Under the pieces are notes generated by a model. That model did not search any database and was not told where the DNA came from. It worked only from the letters and a program-made list of their open reading frames with translations. Made by a program: the position numbers and the translations under genes. DNA of 64,000 nt from a virus. The stretch is from IMG/VR virus record IMGVR_UViG_3300035698_029289, positions 9,980 to 73,979 of that record; one strand, written 5' to 3'. Below are positions 1-9,387 of this stretch, in pieces (position 1 is the stretch's first letter; each line of letters begins with the position of its first letter).

Positions 1-820
1 CTTTTCGGGCGGTTGCCCGTGCCTTGCTTGATTTGTATTCAAAGACAGAATCTTTGTCTTCAAGATATTTGGCCAAGGTTTCATTTTCTTTGTTCAGGAC
101 TGCTTTAGAAATTGCTGTCCAAGAATCGGCCAAATCAAAACATTCAATGGCTTCCACTCCATCGACGGAAATCAAAACCAAACCAGTTTGCCAGTCGAGT
201 TTCGGCACTGCCTTAATAATCTTCTCAATGGACTTAGAAAATGTTTTCATGCTTTGAGCTAGGTCATCTGCCTTTATGTCTCCGATGGTATCTTCAAGAT
301 TTTCTTTTACAAATGATGAGGCCATCATGGTATGACTATAATTCATCGCAGCGTTCCAAACATTGGCTTGAGCATTGCCAAGCCCACCTCCACCACTTGT
401 TTTATATAATGTTCGTTCAACAGAAGAAGGAGTAATTCCTCCAACATCCATCGCGGCTCCAGAAAAGATTCCTTTGCTCTGGTGGACACAAACCACCTTG
501 ATTTCGGCAGTTTCTTCAGGCATTACTATCCTACTAAGCACCGCCGCTCTTTCTTGCGTTTGTCCTTTGAATATCTCTCCAGCCCTGACGAAAAGAGGCT
601 TCTTGTCATTGTTGGTGACAAAAACCTGATTAATGCTCCCCGAGTCTTTGATTTTGACTTTTTTGGCTTCAGAAAGAGTTATGTAGTTTCTTTTTGCCTT
701 TGATTTATTGAGAATCGGCAATATCGCAAAGAGCGAGTCTTTGTTATATCGCCAAGGCTTGCCGAACTCAAAACCTTTCTTTTCCCCTTTGATTGCTTCT
801 AAAAATTGATTAATTTTCAT
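1..820 (-). CDS. ARPP-1 (DUF6569)-like protein, partial (runs off window start)
   Basis: Not in ORF track. Open from ATG 820 (ATGA overlap with upstream gene) to the edge: MKINQFLEAIKG...NNDKKPLFVRAGEIFKGQTQERAAV...IKVVCVH. Confidence 0.6.
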   Translation of the reverse strand, partial: MKINQFLEAIKGEKKGFEFGKPWRYNKDSLFAILPILNKSKAKRNYITLSEAKKVKIKDSGSINQVFVTNNDKKPLFVRAGEIFKGQTQERAAVLSRIVMPEETAEIKVVCVHQSKGIFSGAAMDVGGITPSSVERTLYKTSGGGGLGNAQANVWNAAMNYSHTMMASSFVKENLEDTIGDIKADDLAQSMKTFSKSIEKIIKAVPKLDWQTGLVLISVDGVEAIECFDLADSWTAISKAVLNKENETLAKYLEDKDSVFEYKSSKARATARK

Positions 821-1167
821 TTATTTTCACCCCCCCTCTTTTCTAAAAACTTCTCCAAATACTTAATACGGTCTTTTTCTAATACCATTTGTTGAAGGTG
901 ATAAGCCCATGGTTCTGCCTCTGATTCTATTACACCACCAATGGGATTGACTTGTTTAACTGTTTTTGTTTTTCCCCAAAAAGCCTTAGCAAAGGAAGGG
1001 GAGAAATAAAATCTTTCGCCCAAAGACATCCCATCGCTTAGTATCCATTTTCCAGTATGTGCATCCCAATCAACTGATATTGGAAAACTTTTATCCAAAT
1101 CAATATCCCACCCATTCTTAACGGCTTTCTCTATTGCTAGTTTTAGTATCTGTTCGTTAGTCATCAT
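817..1167 (-). CDS. hypothetical phage protein
   Basis: 116 aa ORF coupled to both neighbours; ILKLAIEKAVKNGW / FAKAFWG / WAYHLQQMV. Confidence 0.7.
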   Translation of the reverse strand: MMTNEQILKLAIEKAVKNGWDIDLDKSFPISVDWDAHTGKWILSDGMSLGERFYFSPSFAKAFWGKTKTVKQVNPIGGVIESEAEPWAYHLQQMVLEKDRIKYLEKFLEKRGGENK

Positions 1168-1364
1168 TCACACCCACAAGTTCTTTTATAAACATTATGC
1201 AAGGGACACATTTCAAGATTAGTTGAGGGAGAAGAAAATTTCTCCATTTTGGCAGTTGTAGTGAGGAAGCCAATGGTTTGACCATGACAAGTGACTTCAA
1301 CTGGGGCATTGTCAAATATTTTCCGGGAACTTTTTTGAAGTTCTCTCATAGATATGCGTTTCAT
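1164..1364 (-). CDS. Phd/YefM-like small DNA-binding protein with Cys-rich tail
   Basis: MKRISMRELQK...PVEVTCHGQTIGFL resembles the Phd N-terminal fold; own promoter. Confidence 0.5.
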   Translation of the reverse strand: MKRISMRELQKSSRKIFDNAPVEVTCHGQTIGFLTTTAKMEKFSSPSTNLEMCPLHNVYKRTCGCE

Positions 1365-1371
1365 ATTTTAC

Positions 1372-1457
1372 ATATATTATCACTTATATTTTCTCTTGTC
1401 AACCCCCAATCTAACTATAAAACAATTTTGACAAATTGAGTTTTTTGTTTTATATTA
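1372..1457. promoter_or_regulatory. divergent sigma70-type promoter pair
   Basis: Minus strand TTGACA (tgtcaa ~1397-1402) with GATAAT/TAATAT; plus strand TTGACA ~1428 with TATATT about 7 nt before ATG 1464 (near-leaderless). Confidence 0.65.
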
Positions 1458-1463
1458 TTAATT

Positions 1464-1970
1464 ATGGAAGAGCTGAAGGACTACCTCATTGAAAGCTTCA
1501 ATGCTGGTGACACGGCTTCTGATTGTGCAAGGCAACTAAATTTCTCCCGTCAATATATTCACCAATTGATTCGTTTTTTTGAAATTGACTATCGTAAATA
1601 CCTTAGGAGGTGGAGGAAGGCTCGCCACAAGCCAAAGAAAAGGAATTGTGAGTTATGCAATCGGCGATTCATTGTCAATAAAAACGGGGCTACGGTTAAA
1701 TTTTGTTCGAAAGAATGCAAAAAGGAGTTTGATAGGGCTTATAGAAGAGTACAAATGAAAGTCTATCTGAAAGTTTATCGTCAAACCGAAAAATTCAAGA
1801 AATATCGAAAAAAAGTCCAAAAGAGGAAATATGAGCGACGAAACTGGGCAATTACCAGAATATGTCCCGTTTGCTTACAGGAATTTCATCCACGACTTGT
1901 TAATTTGAAAATGAAGTATTGTTCGCATGATTGTTATTATTCTCGGGGAAAAGTTGACAACTCAAGTTGA
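1464..1970 (+). CDS. HTH + Cys-rich Zn-finger basic protein (regulator-like)
   Basis: N-terminal HTH (ASDCARQLNFSRQYIHQLI) and two CxxC...CSxxC fingers. Confidence 0.6.
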   Translation: MEELKDYLIESFNAGDTASDCARQLNFSRQYIHQLIRFFEIDYRKYLRRWRKARHKPKKRNCELCNRRFIVNKNGATVKFCSKECKKEFDRAYRRVQMKVYLKVYRQTEKFKKYRKKVQKRKYERRNWAITRICPVCLQEFHPRLVNLKMKYCSHDCYYSRGKVDNSS

Positions 1971-1994
1971 TGTGATATATTATAGGAATTAACC

Positions 1995-2363
1995 ATGAAA
2001 TTCTCGCTTCCAGAATTCCTCAAACGACACAAACACGATTGGGAGTTGGTTGCCAAAACTGTTTCTGAACCCAAAAATATTTCCACTAATAACTTAACCA
2101 CAAGTTTTTCTCAAGATTTCTTGGATAAATTGATTTTCGGAATGACTACGTATGTTTGGGAGTGTGTGGAGTGTGGTGCAACAAGGAAACAAGAGTGTCT
2201 GGGGACTGAAAATACTTCCCTGGACGAAATTCTTGATAGGGTGGATAGTTACGGTAGCCAGCAGGTTGCTAGGGGGAACAAGCAGTATGTGGTTGTCCAC
2301 CGCTCACCTCAACCACACCCCATTAATCCGATGCCACAAAGGCTTCCAATTAGAAAACAATGA
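1995..2363 (+). CDS. hypothetical Zn-ribbon protein
   Basis: HKHDW...ECVECG; TTGACA promoter at ~1954. Confidence 0.6.
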   Translation: MKFSLPEFLKRHKHDWELVAKTVSEPKNISTNNLTTSFSQDFLDKLIFGMTTYVWECVECGATRKQECLGTENTSLDEILDRVDSYGSQQVARGNKQYVVVHRSPQPHPINPMPQRLPIRKQ

Positions 2364-2372
2364 TAGCAAAAC

Positions 2373-2873
2373 ATGCCCACAAAGAAGATTAAAAAAGACC
2401 TTCGGAATATATCTTCACTCAAGCTATGGAGCAAAAACCCTCGTTATATCAAAAAAGAAGATTTCAAGCGCCTCAAAAAATCCATCAAAAAATTCGGGCA
2501 ATTTAAGCCCATTATTATTACCAGTGAGGGTGTTATCGTTGGTGGAAACATGAGATTGCGGGCGATGAGGGAATTGGGTATCAAGAAGATTTGGGTTTCA
2601 GAAATAGATGTTCAGACAACAAGCGAGATTTTGAAAATTTCTCTTTTGGACAATGAGGGTTTCGGCAAATATGACGAAGAAGCCCTGGCGGAACTTCTTT
2701 CGCAAGAGACCATTGACATTCCGCTAGAAGATTATAAGATAAATGTTGGGAAAAACATCAACCTGCAAAAAGTGCTCGACAAGTTTGCTCCGTCGGGGGA
2801 AGACATTTTGGATGACATAGAAGAACCGGAAATGATTACTTGCCCGAAGTGTGGGCATAAATTTGAACCATGA
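2373..2873 (+). CDS. ParB/sulfiredoxin-like domain protein
   Basis: KNPR, SIKKFGQFKPII, GGNMRLRA, DNE, C-terminal CPKCG; typical position upstream of terminase. Confidence 0.85.
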   Translation: MPTKKIKKDLRNISSLKLWSKNPRYIKKEDFKRLKKSIKKFGQFKPIIITSEGVIVGGNMRLRAMRELGIKKIWVSEIDVQTTSEILKISLLDNEGFGKYDEEALAELLSQETIDIPLEDYKINVGKNINLQKVLDKFAPSGEDILDDIEEPEMITCPKCGHKFEP

Positions 2874-3031
2874 AACAACACAAAGTGAAATTTAGAAAAT
2901 GTCGTTTTTGTAAAAAGAAGGTTGAAAATGGACCAGGACTTCATATTGTTCTTGATTTTAAGAAAAAAAGTACGGAATTTTATCATTTAGGTTGTGCTAT
3001 AAAGAATAATTTAATGTGGGGAAAAGAATGA
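2870..3031 (+). CDS. 53 aa Zn-finger protein
   Basis: Below track cutoff: MKQHKVKFRKCRFCKKK...FYHLGC...WGKE; ATGA overlaps at both ends. Confidence 0.6.
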   Translation: MKQHKVKFRKCRFCKKKVENGPGLHIVLDFKKKSTEFYHLGCAIKNNLMWGKE

Positions 3032-3411
3032 AACAACACATAACTAAAACCCAGCTAAATGAATTGAGTGAGAAGGGGAAGGAGAGGCTGAGGAAGTGGT
3101 GGATTAAAAGACATCTTAAGAATGTAGATGAGTTAAGGATTACAATTTTTGGTAAGGGTGATAAAAAAGAAGCTCAAGATAATCATGATAAAAAAATGGC
3201 ACAGAGAGAATATCAAGAGCATGGTAGGTTTCTCTCCGTCGGAATGATGATAGAGTTTTTGGATGAGAAATATAAAAAGAATCCTTGGCCTGATTTCTGG
3301 GATGATAGAAAGGAAAACAGAAGAATTGATGAAATTGATGTAATAATTTCTTGGAAAGATGAACTCTGTGATGCCCTGTTTTTGGCTGTGAAAGAAGTAT
3401 TAGAAAAATGA
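3028..3411 (+). CDS. hypothetical protein, paralog of 56806..57156
   Basis: MKQHITKTQLNELSEKG...LSVGMMIEFL...ELCDALF.AVKEVLEK. Confidence 0.7.
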   Translation: MKQHITKTQLNELSEKGKERLRKWWIKRHLKNVDELRITIFGKGDKKEAQDNHDKKMAQREYQEHGRFLSVGMMIEFLDEKYKKNPWPDFWDDRKENRRIDEIDVIISWKDELCDALFLAVKEVLEK

Positions 3412-3926
3412 AGAAAAAGAAAGCAAGAACTAAGCCCTATGTTCGACCATACACAAGAACGGCAGTTTTACTTCCCAAAACTCAAAGATATAACTGGCTC
3501 GTCATGAAAAAGACTTTCCTTGCCGATCCAACAATTTCTCTCACCGACCTTGCGAAGAAATACAAAGTTTCTCAAAAGACTCTTCTCAATAAAGCTCGAA
3601 GAGAAAGATGGATGGCTTTGCGTGAAGAAATTCAGAAAAGAGCAGAGGAAAGAATGATTAGGGCAACAGAGGAAAAGCTCTCTGAGGTTAAAATGAGACA
3701 TTCTCAAATCGGTAAAATGCTTCAACATGAAGGAGTAAAGGCTATTCGTAAAGGGAAAGGGCCTAAAACTCCAAAACAAGCCCTAAAATTCACAACGGAA
3801 GGGGTGAGAATTGAAAGGGAGGCTGAGGGTGTGGAGAAAAGAGGACCGGCTATCGTCAACATTGTTCAACAACAAAAAGCGGTTGTAGACAAATACAGAT
3901 TTGAAGAAGGTGAGGTGGTGGAGTGA
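3408..3926 (+). CDS. terS: terminase small subunit
   Basis: HTH (ISLTDLAKKYKVSQKTLLNKARRERW) plus coiled coil, upstream of TerL. Confidence 0.7.
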   Translation: MKKKKARTKPYVRPYTRTAVLLPKTQRYNWLVMKKTFLADPTISLTDLAKKYKVSQKTLLNKARRERWMALREEIQKRAEERMIRATEEKLSEVKMRHSQIGKMLQHEGVKAIRKGKGPKTPKQALKFTTEGVRIEREAEGVEKRGPAIVNIVQQQKAVVDKYRFEEGEVVE

Positions 3927-4666
3927 AAGAAACTAGGGATAGAAAAATAGTAAGGAAACTCATTGATGACTATGGAGAGGAGTTTGTTGAGAAAGTGTGG
4001 CCCAAATTGCCGGGAAGCGAGTATGGCAACTTGGAAAGCATGGTTCTTTATTGTTTTTTGCGTCACTATAAGCCGAAGTATGTTTTGGAAGTAGGAACAG
4101 AGGTTCATGGTCGGACGACACACATTGTTCATAAAGCTCTTTTGGCTAATGGCGAATTTCAAAAACACATCATGTCCGACTTGGAGGGGAAAGTAGAAAA
4201 GGCTTTCGGGAATTTATGTCGAGATTTGCCGGTTAACCAGGAAAAGGTTAAGCTCTTGTCGGGGGTGATTCAACAGACTTTCAGAAAAATTGATCTTTCT
4301 ATGGTCGATTTCTTGCTTATTGATGCCGATCACCAGCGAGATTTTGCAACTTTTTACCTAGATGAACTTATTCCGCCGTTGGAAGACGGAACTTATGTTC
4401 ATATCCATGATGTTAATTTGTCCGGGAATTGGAGTTGGAGGCCTGCTCCAGACAGTGAAGTCGAAGAATTTCTTGAGCGCAGGTCAAAGGGGCGATTTCC
4501 TTTGAAAAAACTTTTCTGGTTGGAAGACTGGTGCATTAATCTAAAATATGTAGACAACAGAAATAAGATTAATGAACGCTTTCCTTTTATTGGGTCGTTT
4601 TCGGAATCGGAAACTGGGCTTCCTTATTCAAGTTCTGCATCCTATTGGGAGAAACTGGGAAAATGA
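3923..4666 (+). CDS. class I SAM methyltransferase (Methyltransf_24-like)
   Basis: VLEVGT, DFLLIDADH, GTYVHIHD. Confidence 0.8.
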   Translation: MKETRDRKIVRKLIDDYGEEFVEKVWPKLPGSEYGNLESMVLYCFLRHYKPKYVLEVGTEVHGRTTHIVHKALLANGEFQKHIMSDLEGKVEKAFGNLCRDLPVNQEKVKLLSGVIQQTFRKIDLSMVDFLLIDADHQRDFATFYLDELIPPLEDGTYVHIHDVNLSGNWSWRPAPDSEVEEFLERRSKGRFPLKKLFWLEDWCINLKYVDNRNKINERFPFIGSFSESETGLPYSSSASYWEKLGK

Positions 4667-4959
4667 GTAAAATATCCAAGGGAAATTATTATGAAAATAA
4701 AGCACGCGATACTTTGAGAAAGTGGGGGTATAAAGTTGAGAAGCCAGTGAGGACAAAATTCAGTCGCAAAGATTTTTTCGATTTATTCGATCTTTTTGCC
4801 ATCCGCGAACTTGATGCCAAGTTAATCCAAGTGAAACTCAATAGGTGGCCATCAGGAGAACTCGTCCGTAAATTGAGGGCTTTTAAACATCCGAGAGGCA
4901 TTAAGATTGAGGCGTGGCGATACAAAAAGCACAAAGGTTTTAGCATAAGGGAATATTGA
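4663..4959 (+). CDS. PD-(D/E)xK nuclease, Holliday-junction resolvase-like
   Basis: GNYYE...LRKWGYKV...FDLFA...IQVK. Confidence 0.75.
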   Translation: MSKISKGNYYENKARDTLRKWGYKVEKPVRTKFSRKDFFDLFDLFAIRELDAKLIQVKLNRWPSGELVRKLRAFKHPRGIKIEAWRYKKHKGFSIREY

Positions 4960-5835
4960 ATGGTAATTAATCGCAAGAAATTCATTGAGGAACAATTTTT
5001 GATTCTCAGCAAAGAGAATAAGGTGGTTCCATTTCATTTTTGGCCCGTTCAAGAAAAGTATTATAATATGTTGGTTGGTGATTATGGGCCGGAATTAAAA
5101 GGAACAAGGGAGATCATTTTGAAGGCAAGGCAGCAGGGATTTTCAGCTTTGGTTCTAGCACTTTTCACAGTCGATTTTATTACTAACCCGAACAGTGTTT
5201 CAATTTGTATTTCCCATAGGAAGGATGCCACTCAAATGTTGTTCAAGCGCGTGAAGTTTTTTCTTGAGAGCTATTGTAATAAACACAAGTGGGATATTAA
5301 GAGATATTTAGCGACTGATAGCAAAAACGAGATAGAGAATAGGACAAATAATGCCTATTTTTATATTGGTACAGCTGGATCGAAGGTTGGTGGCAGAGGA
5401 GGAACTGTGCAAAATATACATTTTTCCGAGGGTGCGTATTATTTGGACACCGACAGAATCACGGCCAGAGAAATGATTGAAGGAACGAGTCAACAGGTTG
5501 CTCAGGGAACTGGAATAATTTTTATTGAATCCACAGCCAATGGTTATGGGAACTATTATCAGCATGTTTGGGAAAAGGCAAAGAGGGGAGAAAGCACTTA
5601 TAGGCCAAGATTCTTTAGTTGGGAGGAGTTTTATGACAAAGAATGGGTTGAAAAGAAAAGGGGCGACTTTGAATCGGAAGCAATGTGGAAGCAAGAATAT
5701 CCTCTGACAGCTCGAGAGGCATTCATTTCCTCTGGAACTCCATTTTTCGATCATGCTGTATTAGAAAAATTATTGGAAAAACAGGTTGAACCAATAAAAA
5801 TGGGAAGGCTTGCCCAGGATGGGCAGTGGATTTAA
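4960..5835 (+). CDS. terL: terminase large subunit, ATPase part
   Basis: ILKARQQGFS (Walker A), GRGGT, IHFSE (Walker B), IESTANG. Confidence 0.92.
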   Translation: MVINRKKFIEEQFLILSKENKVVPFHFWPVQEKYYNMLVGDYGPELKGTREIILKARQQGFSALVLALFTVDFITNPNSVSICISHRKDATQMLFKRVKFFLESYCNKHKWDIKRYLATDSKNEIENRTNNAYFYIGTAGSKVGGRGGTVQNIHFSEGAYYLDTDRITAREMIEGTSQQVAQGTGIIFIESTANGYGNYYQHVWEKAKRGESTYRPRFFSWEEFYDKEWVEKKRGDFESEAMWKQEYPLTAREAFISSGTPFFDHAVLEKLLEKQVEPIKMGRLAQDGQWI

Positions 5836-6473
5836 TGGCAAAATTACCACTGAAAGATCCATTTCGACTCTACCGCCAATTGGAGGATGGTGAACAATTT
5901 TGTATCTTTGGCGATCCAGCAGAGGGAAGAGATTTTTGTGCAGCAGCAGTGGTCAGTAAAAGACATGGAGATTTTCCCTTAATTTATAATAATCGCACAG
6001 AAAGCTCTCAATTTGGCTATGATATTCATAAAATAGCGAAATATATCCACCGCAAAACTGATTTGTGGCCAATGGTTGCTATTGAAAGAAATGTCGGTGC
6101 GGCGACAATCTTTGTTTTGCAGGAATTGAATTATCCCCGTATGTTCAGAATGCCTGTTTTTGATAGTGCGACTCACAAGGAAACTACCAAAATCGGTTGG
6201 CTTACAACAAGGGCGACTCGTAGCAAAATGTTGAATGATTTTGCCATGGCATTGAGGCAGGGCCAAGCTATGGTTTACGACCAGGAAGCCATCGAGCAAA
6301 TGTTGGCTTTTGTTTACAAGTTAGGGCGGGGGCAAATCGAGGCGGGGAAGAAAGATGACTTGGTGATTGCTCACAGTGGAGCATGGCAGCTTTATTTGCT
6401 TGTTCCGACCCTCAGTGACGCAGATGAAGATATAGACTGGGAAGAAGAAAGAAGGAAGTGGAGGTTCAAATAA
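5835..6473 (+). CDS. terL: terminase large subunit, RNase H-like nuclease part
   Basis: IFGDPAEG, AIERN, GWLTT, KDDLVIA; TAATG-coupled to the ATPase gene. Confidence 0.9.
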   Translation: MAKLPLKDPFRLYRQLEDGEQFCIFGDPAEGRDFCAAAVVSKRHGDFPLIYNNRTESSQFGYDIHKIAKYIHRKTDLWPMVAIERNVGAATIFVLQELNYPRMFRMPVFDSATHKETTKIGWLTTRATRSKMLNDFAMALRQGQAMVYDQEAIEQMLAFVYKLGRGQIEAGKKDDLVIAHSGAWQLYLLVPTLSDADEDIDWEEERRKWRFK

Positions 6474-6763
6474 TGTCAAAGAAATTTATTGATTACCATA
6501 AACAGAAAAGTCACAATGAAAGAATGATTTCCGAGCTTTTGCGGAAAGTGCGACCAGACATTTGGGTTTTAATGGATTTGATAGACAAGACGGATATGAA
6601 CCCAATAATAGTATTTAAGTTTCTGAGGCAAGTCAACAATGTCATTCTGGGGTCGGGGTGGGGGCAAGTGACGCTAGTAATTAACAATAGGGTGGCAAAA
6701 TATATTCGCGGTGAGGACACAGATAAAATCGAAGCAGAGATTGTTTTGCCACGACCAAAATAG
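6473..6763 (+). CDS. small protein with DUF2292/YezD-like C-terminus; candidate antiterminator
   Basis: GWGQVTLVINNRVAKYIRGEDTDKI resembles the YezD pattern; directly precedes RNA cassette 1. Confidence 0.5.
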   Translation: MSKKFIDYHKQKSHNERMISELLRKVRPDIWVLMDLIDKTDMNPIIVFKFLRQVNNVILGSGWGQVTLVINNRVAKYIRGEDTDKIEAEIVLPRPK

Positions 6764-6770
6764 TCAACTA

Positions 6771-6877
6771 TTGACAAGACAAAATTTTTGTTGTAGTGTT
6801 TAATTAACAGTTACTTGAAGCGAAAAAGCGCTAGAGGACTGCAATATACCCGAGTGGGCGTGATTGCAGTCCTTTTT
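6771..6877 (+). promoter_or_regulatory. leader cassette 1: promoter + internal-loop hairpin + terminator
   Basis: TTGACA-17-TAGTGT; CTT GA AGCG aaaaag CGCT A GAG; AGGACTGCAAT...ATTGCAGTCCT then TTTT. Confidence 0.8.
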
Positions 6878-6893
6878 ATTTGAATTATTAACT

Positions 6894-8963
6894 ATGGCCC
6901 AAAAGAAGAAAGAAAGAAAACCAAAAGGTGTTATCGCCTTTTCAGAGTTAAAGAATCACTACGATTTAGCCAATGATGAGACTGACAAAAGACGGACGGG
7001 TCGAGGAAAAATCGGAACGATTTCTTTTGACGAAGCAGACGAGTTGTTCCGTTCTTGGCTCGATGAAGATAGTTGGCCATATGATGCTCTCCTTTTTGAT
7101 CCTCGCGTTTTCACTTTTATTTTTGAAAAGACTTCAAGGTTAATCTCCAACAAACTCAGAGGAAGATTGATTCCCCGAGAAGGTGGAGATATGTTGGCGG
7201 CTCATATCAATAACGAGTTATTGAGTTTTCAATGGGATCAGGCGACTCATAGCGGCTCAATGATTTCAAAATGGGCTTTAATGGATTTGAATGCGAGGAA
7301 GTATGGCGCTGCTTTTGCTTTGTGTAAATGGCGCTATGAGCTTGCTCCTGATGAGAAAGTTTTGTTTGACGGACCGGGAATGCAAATTTTGAATAATAGA
7401 GATTGTCTCCCCGATCCGGCGGCGACAGACATTGAGTCTTGTAACTGGTTCCAAGCTAGGCAATATGTTACTTTTCAAGACCTTGAAAGGGTTAATGATA
7501 GAGCGCGAACGAAGCCTGTTTACAAAAATCTTGATAAATTAAGAACAGTAATTAGCCAGAAAGCAGAGAAGAGCGGTGGAGATTCCCGAGACATTAACTG
7601 GACATCTCGAAATCGACAAATTTCTGGACTTACCACAGATCCGGTTGGAAAAGACGCTGCCTTCAAGACAGTAGAGATTGTGACAGAATACCGGAAAGGT
7701 CGCTGGATCACCTTTTCGCCCCGACATGGAGTCATCCTTCGAGATATTGCCAATCCATATCACAATAATGAGATTCCGATTGTAATGCTTCGCTATTATC
7801 CGATCGATGACGACTTGTATGGCATGAGCGAAATTGAGCCAGTTAAAGGATTGCAAAAGGCAATCAATGCCATCCTCTCTCAATATGTGGATGAAATCAA
7901 CCAAAAGCTTTATACGCCTATTGCTGTCGGTCCTGGTGTTCGGCAGCACACATTGCGATGGGGAAAGGGTGCGAGGTGGATTATGAACAATCCAATGACA
8001 GACTTTCGATTGGTTGAATCTCGGTCGAATGCGGCACAATTCTTCAACAATACCTATTCTGTATTAGTGGCCGCTTTAATGAATTCTATCGGAGAAACTT
8101 CTTTGGGAGTTTCCAATATTAGCAGGTTTCAAGCAGAAAAGACTGCGACTGAGGTGAAACAGCTTGTTTCTCAAAGAAATGCACGGGATAATTTCAATCA
8201 GACATTTTTGGGAGAGGCGCTTAAAAGACAAATGATTCTGTGGCATACCATGAATCAAGTAATGATATTCAGCGATCCAGAAAAGAAATCCTATGTTATT
8301 CGGATTATTGGAAGAGACGCAATCCGATACTTTGAAGAAAGCGGGATTGGGGCTTATGGCTTGACCGAAGAGGGAGCAAAATTGCTTCAAGAAAACACAG
8401 AAAGGACGATGGCAGAAGGAGGCGAAGAAACAGGAATTCCAGAGGACTTCATGATTCCAATGTCGCCAGTGTCAATGGGAGAAGAAGAGGAGGCTATCCC
8501 CAAGTTTTCTCTTGACATGAGCAAGCAACTTGGTACTTTAGTTATAGAGCCAGAGGATTTAAAAGGAAATTATGATTTCATTGCCGATGTGGAATCGATG
8601 GCTTTATCGGCAGGAGAACAGCAAATGCAAGGAAGAAAAGCTGCTTTCAATATGCTTCTTTCTAATCCGCTGGTAGTAGAATTTTTGGCAAAGGAAAAAG
8701 TGAGACCGAAGTTTAAAGATTTGTTTGTTGCATGGCTTGAGGATGTTGGAATGAAAGATGCTGAGAAGTTCTTTGAAAATATTCCGCCTGAGGAAATGCT
8801 TGGTCCACCGGGAATGGGACAACCAGGAATGGGTCAGCCCGGAATGGCTCCGCAGGGAATGGGACAGCCACCAATGACAATGGGTAGTCCTATGCCAGGA
8901 GGTCCAGGCGGCGTGGCTCCATTAGCTCCTTCTCCGAGAGCGAGAGGAGGTGGAACAGTTTAA
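6894..8963 (+). CDS. portal protein
   Basis: ~690 aa after TerL; YGMSEIEPV, KTATEV motifs; PGMGQ-repeat tail. Confidence 0.88.
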   Translation: MAQKKKERKPKGVIAFSELKNHYDLANDETDKRRTGRGKIGTISFDEADELFRSWLDEDSWPYDALLFDPRVFTFIFEKTSRLISNKLRGRLIPREGGDMLAAHINNELLSFQWDQATHSGSMISKWALMDLNARKYGAAFALCKWRYELAPDEKVLFDGPGMQILNNRDCLPDPAATDIESCNWFQARQYVTFQDLERVNDRARTKPVYKNLDKLRTVISQKAEKSGGDSRDINWTSRNRQISGLTTDPVGKDAAFKTVEIVTEYRKGRWITFSPRHGVILRDIANPYHNNEIPIVMLRYYPIDDDLYGMSEIEPVKGLQKAINAILSQYVDEINQKLYTPIAVGPGVRQHTLRWGKGARWIMNNPMTDFRLVESRSNAAQFFNNTYSVLVAALMNSIGETSLGVSNISRFQAEKTATEVKQLVSQRNARDNFNQTFLGEALKRQMILWHTMNQVMIFSDPEKKSYVIRIIGRDAIRYFEESGIGAYGLTEEGAKLLQENTERTMAEGGEETGIPEDFMIPMSPVSMGEEEEAIPKFSLDMSKQLGTLVIEPEDLKGNYDFIADVESMALSAGEQQMQGRKAAFNMLLSNPLVVEFLAKEKVRPKFKDLFVAWLEDVGMKDAEKFFENIPPEEMLGPPGMGQPGMGQPGMAPQGMGQPPMTMGSPMPGGPGGVAPLAPSPRARGGGTV

Positions 8964-9298
8964 TGACAGATAAATCGCAACCAGATATTGAAAAGGGAAG
9001 AAAATTGAACAGAAAAGAAATAGGGGAATTGAGGGAAGGGCAGGGTGTTTATGAAATGACTCAAACACCTGGGTGGCAAACCGTAAAAGGATGGTTGGAA
9101 GACAGAGCGTTTCATAGTTGGGTAGACCCACGTGAAACCAAGTCAAAAAAGGAGTGGGAATGGCAAGAACTAAATGCCTTCCACTCAGCGGATGTGTCAA
9201 GCCAGTTGTTAATAGATATTCAAAGGGCTGTTGAAAGGTCGGAGTATCTTGACAAAGTGAAAAAGGGTGAAATAAAAGAAAGGCGAATGAGAATTTAA
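8963..9298 (+). CDS. small helical protein downstream of portal
   Basis: TPGWQTVKGWL; TAATG-coupled to portal. Confidence 0.7.
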   Translation: MTDKSQPDIEKGRKLNRKEIGELREGQGVYEMTQTPGWQTVKGWLEDRAFHSWVDPRETKSKKEWEWQELNAFHSADVSSQLLIDIQRAVERSEYLDKVKKGEIKERRMRI

Positions 9299-9318
9299 TG
9301 AAAGGAGGTGTAAGAATA

Positions 9319-9387
9319 ATGGAATTTGGAAGTTTTTTAAAAGGCAAAAAGAAAAAGAAAAAAAAGAAAAAGAAGGAGGCGAAATAA
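9319..9387 (+). CDS. 22 aa poly-lysine peptide
   Basis: MEFGSFLKGKKKKKKKKKKEAK; strong SD AGGAGGTG; stop abuts next ATG. Confidence 0.5.
   Translation: MEFGSFLKGKKKKKKKKKKEAK

Noticed and set aside
5820-5840. Programmed frameshift joining the TerL halves
   Set aside because: No convincing slippery heptamer plus stimulator; TAATG coupling is the simpler explanation.
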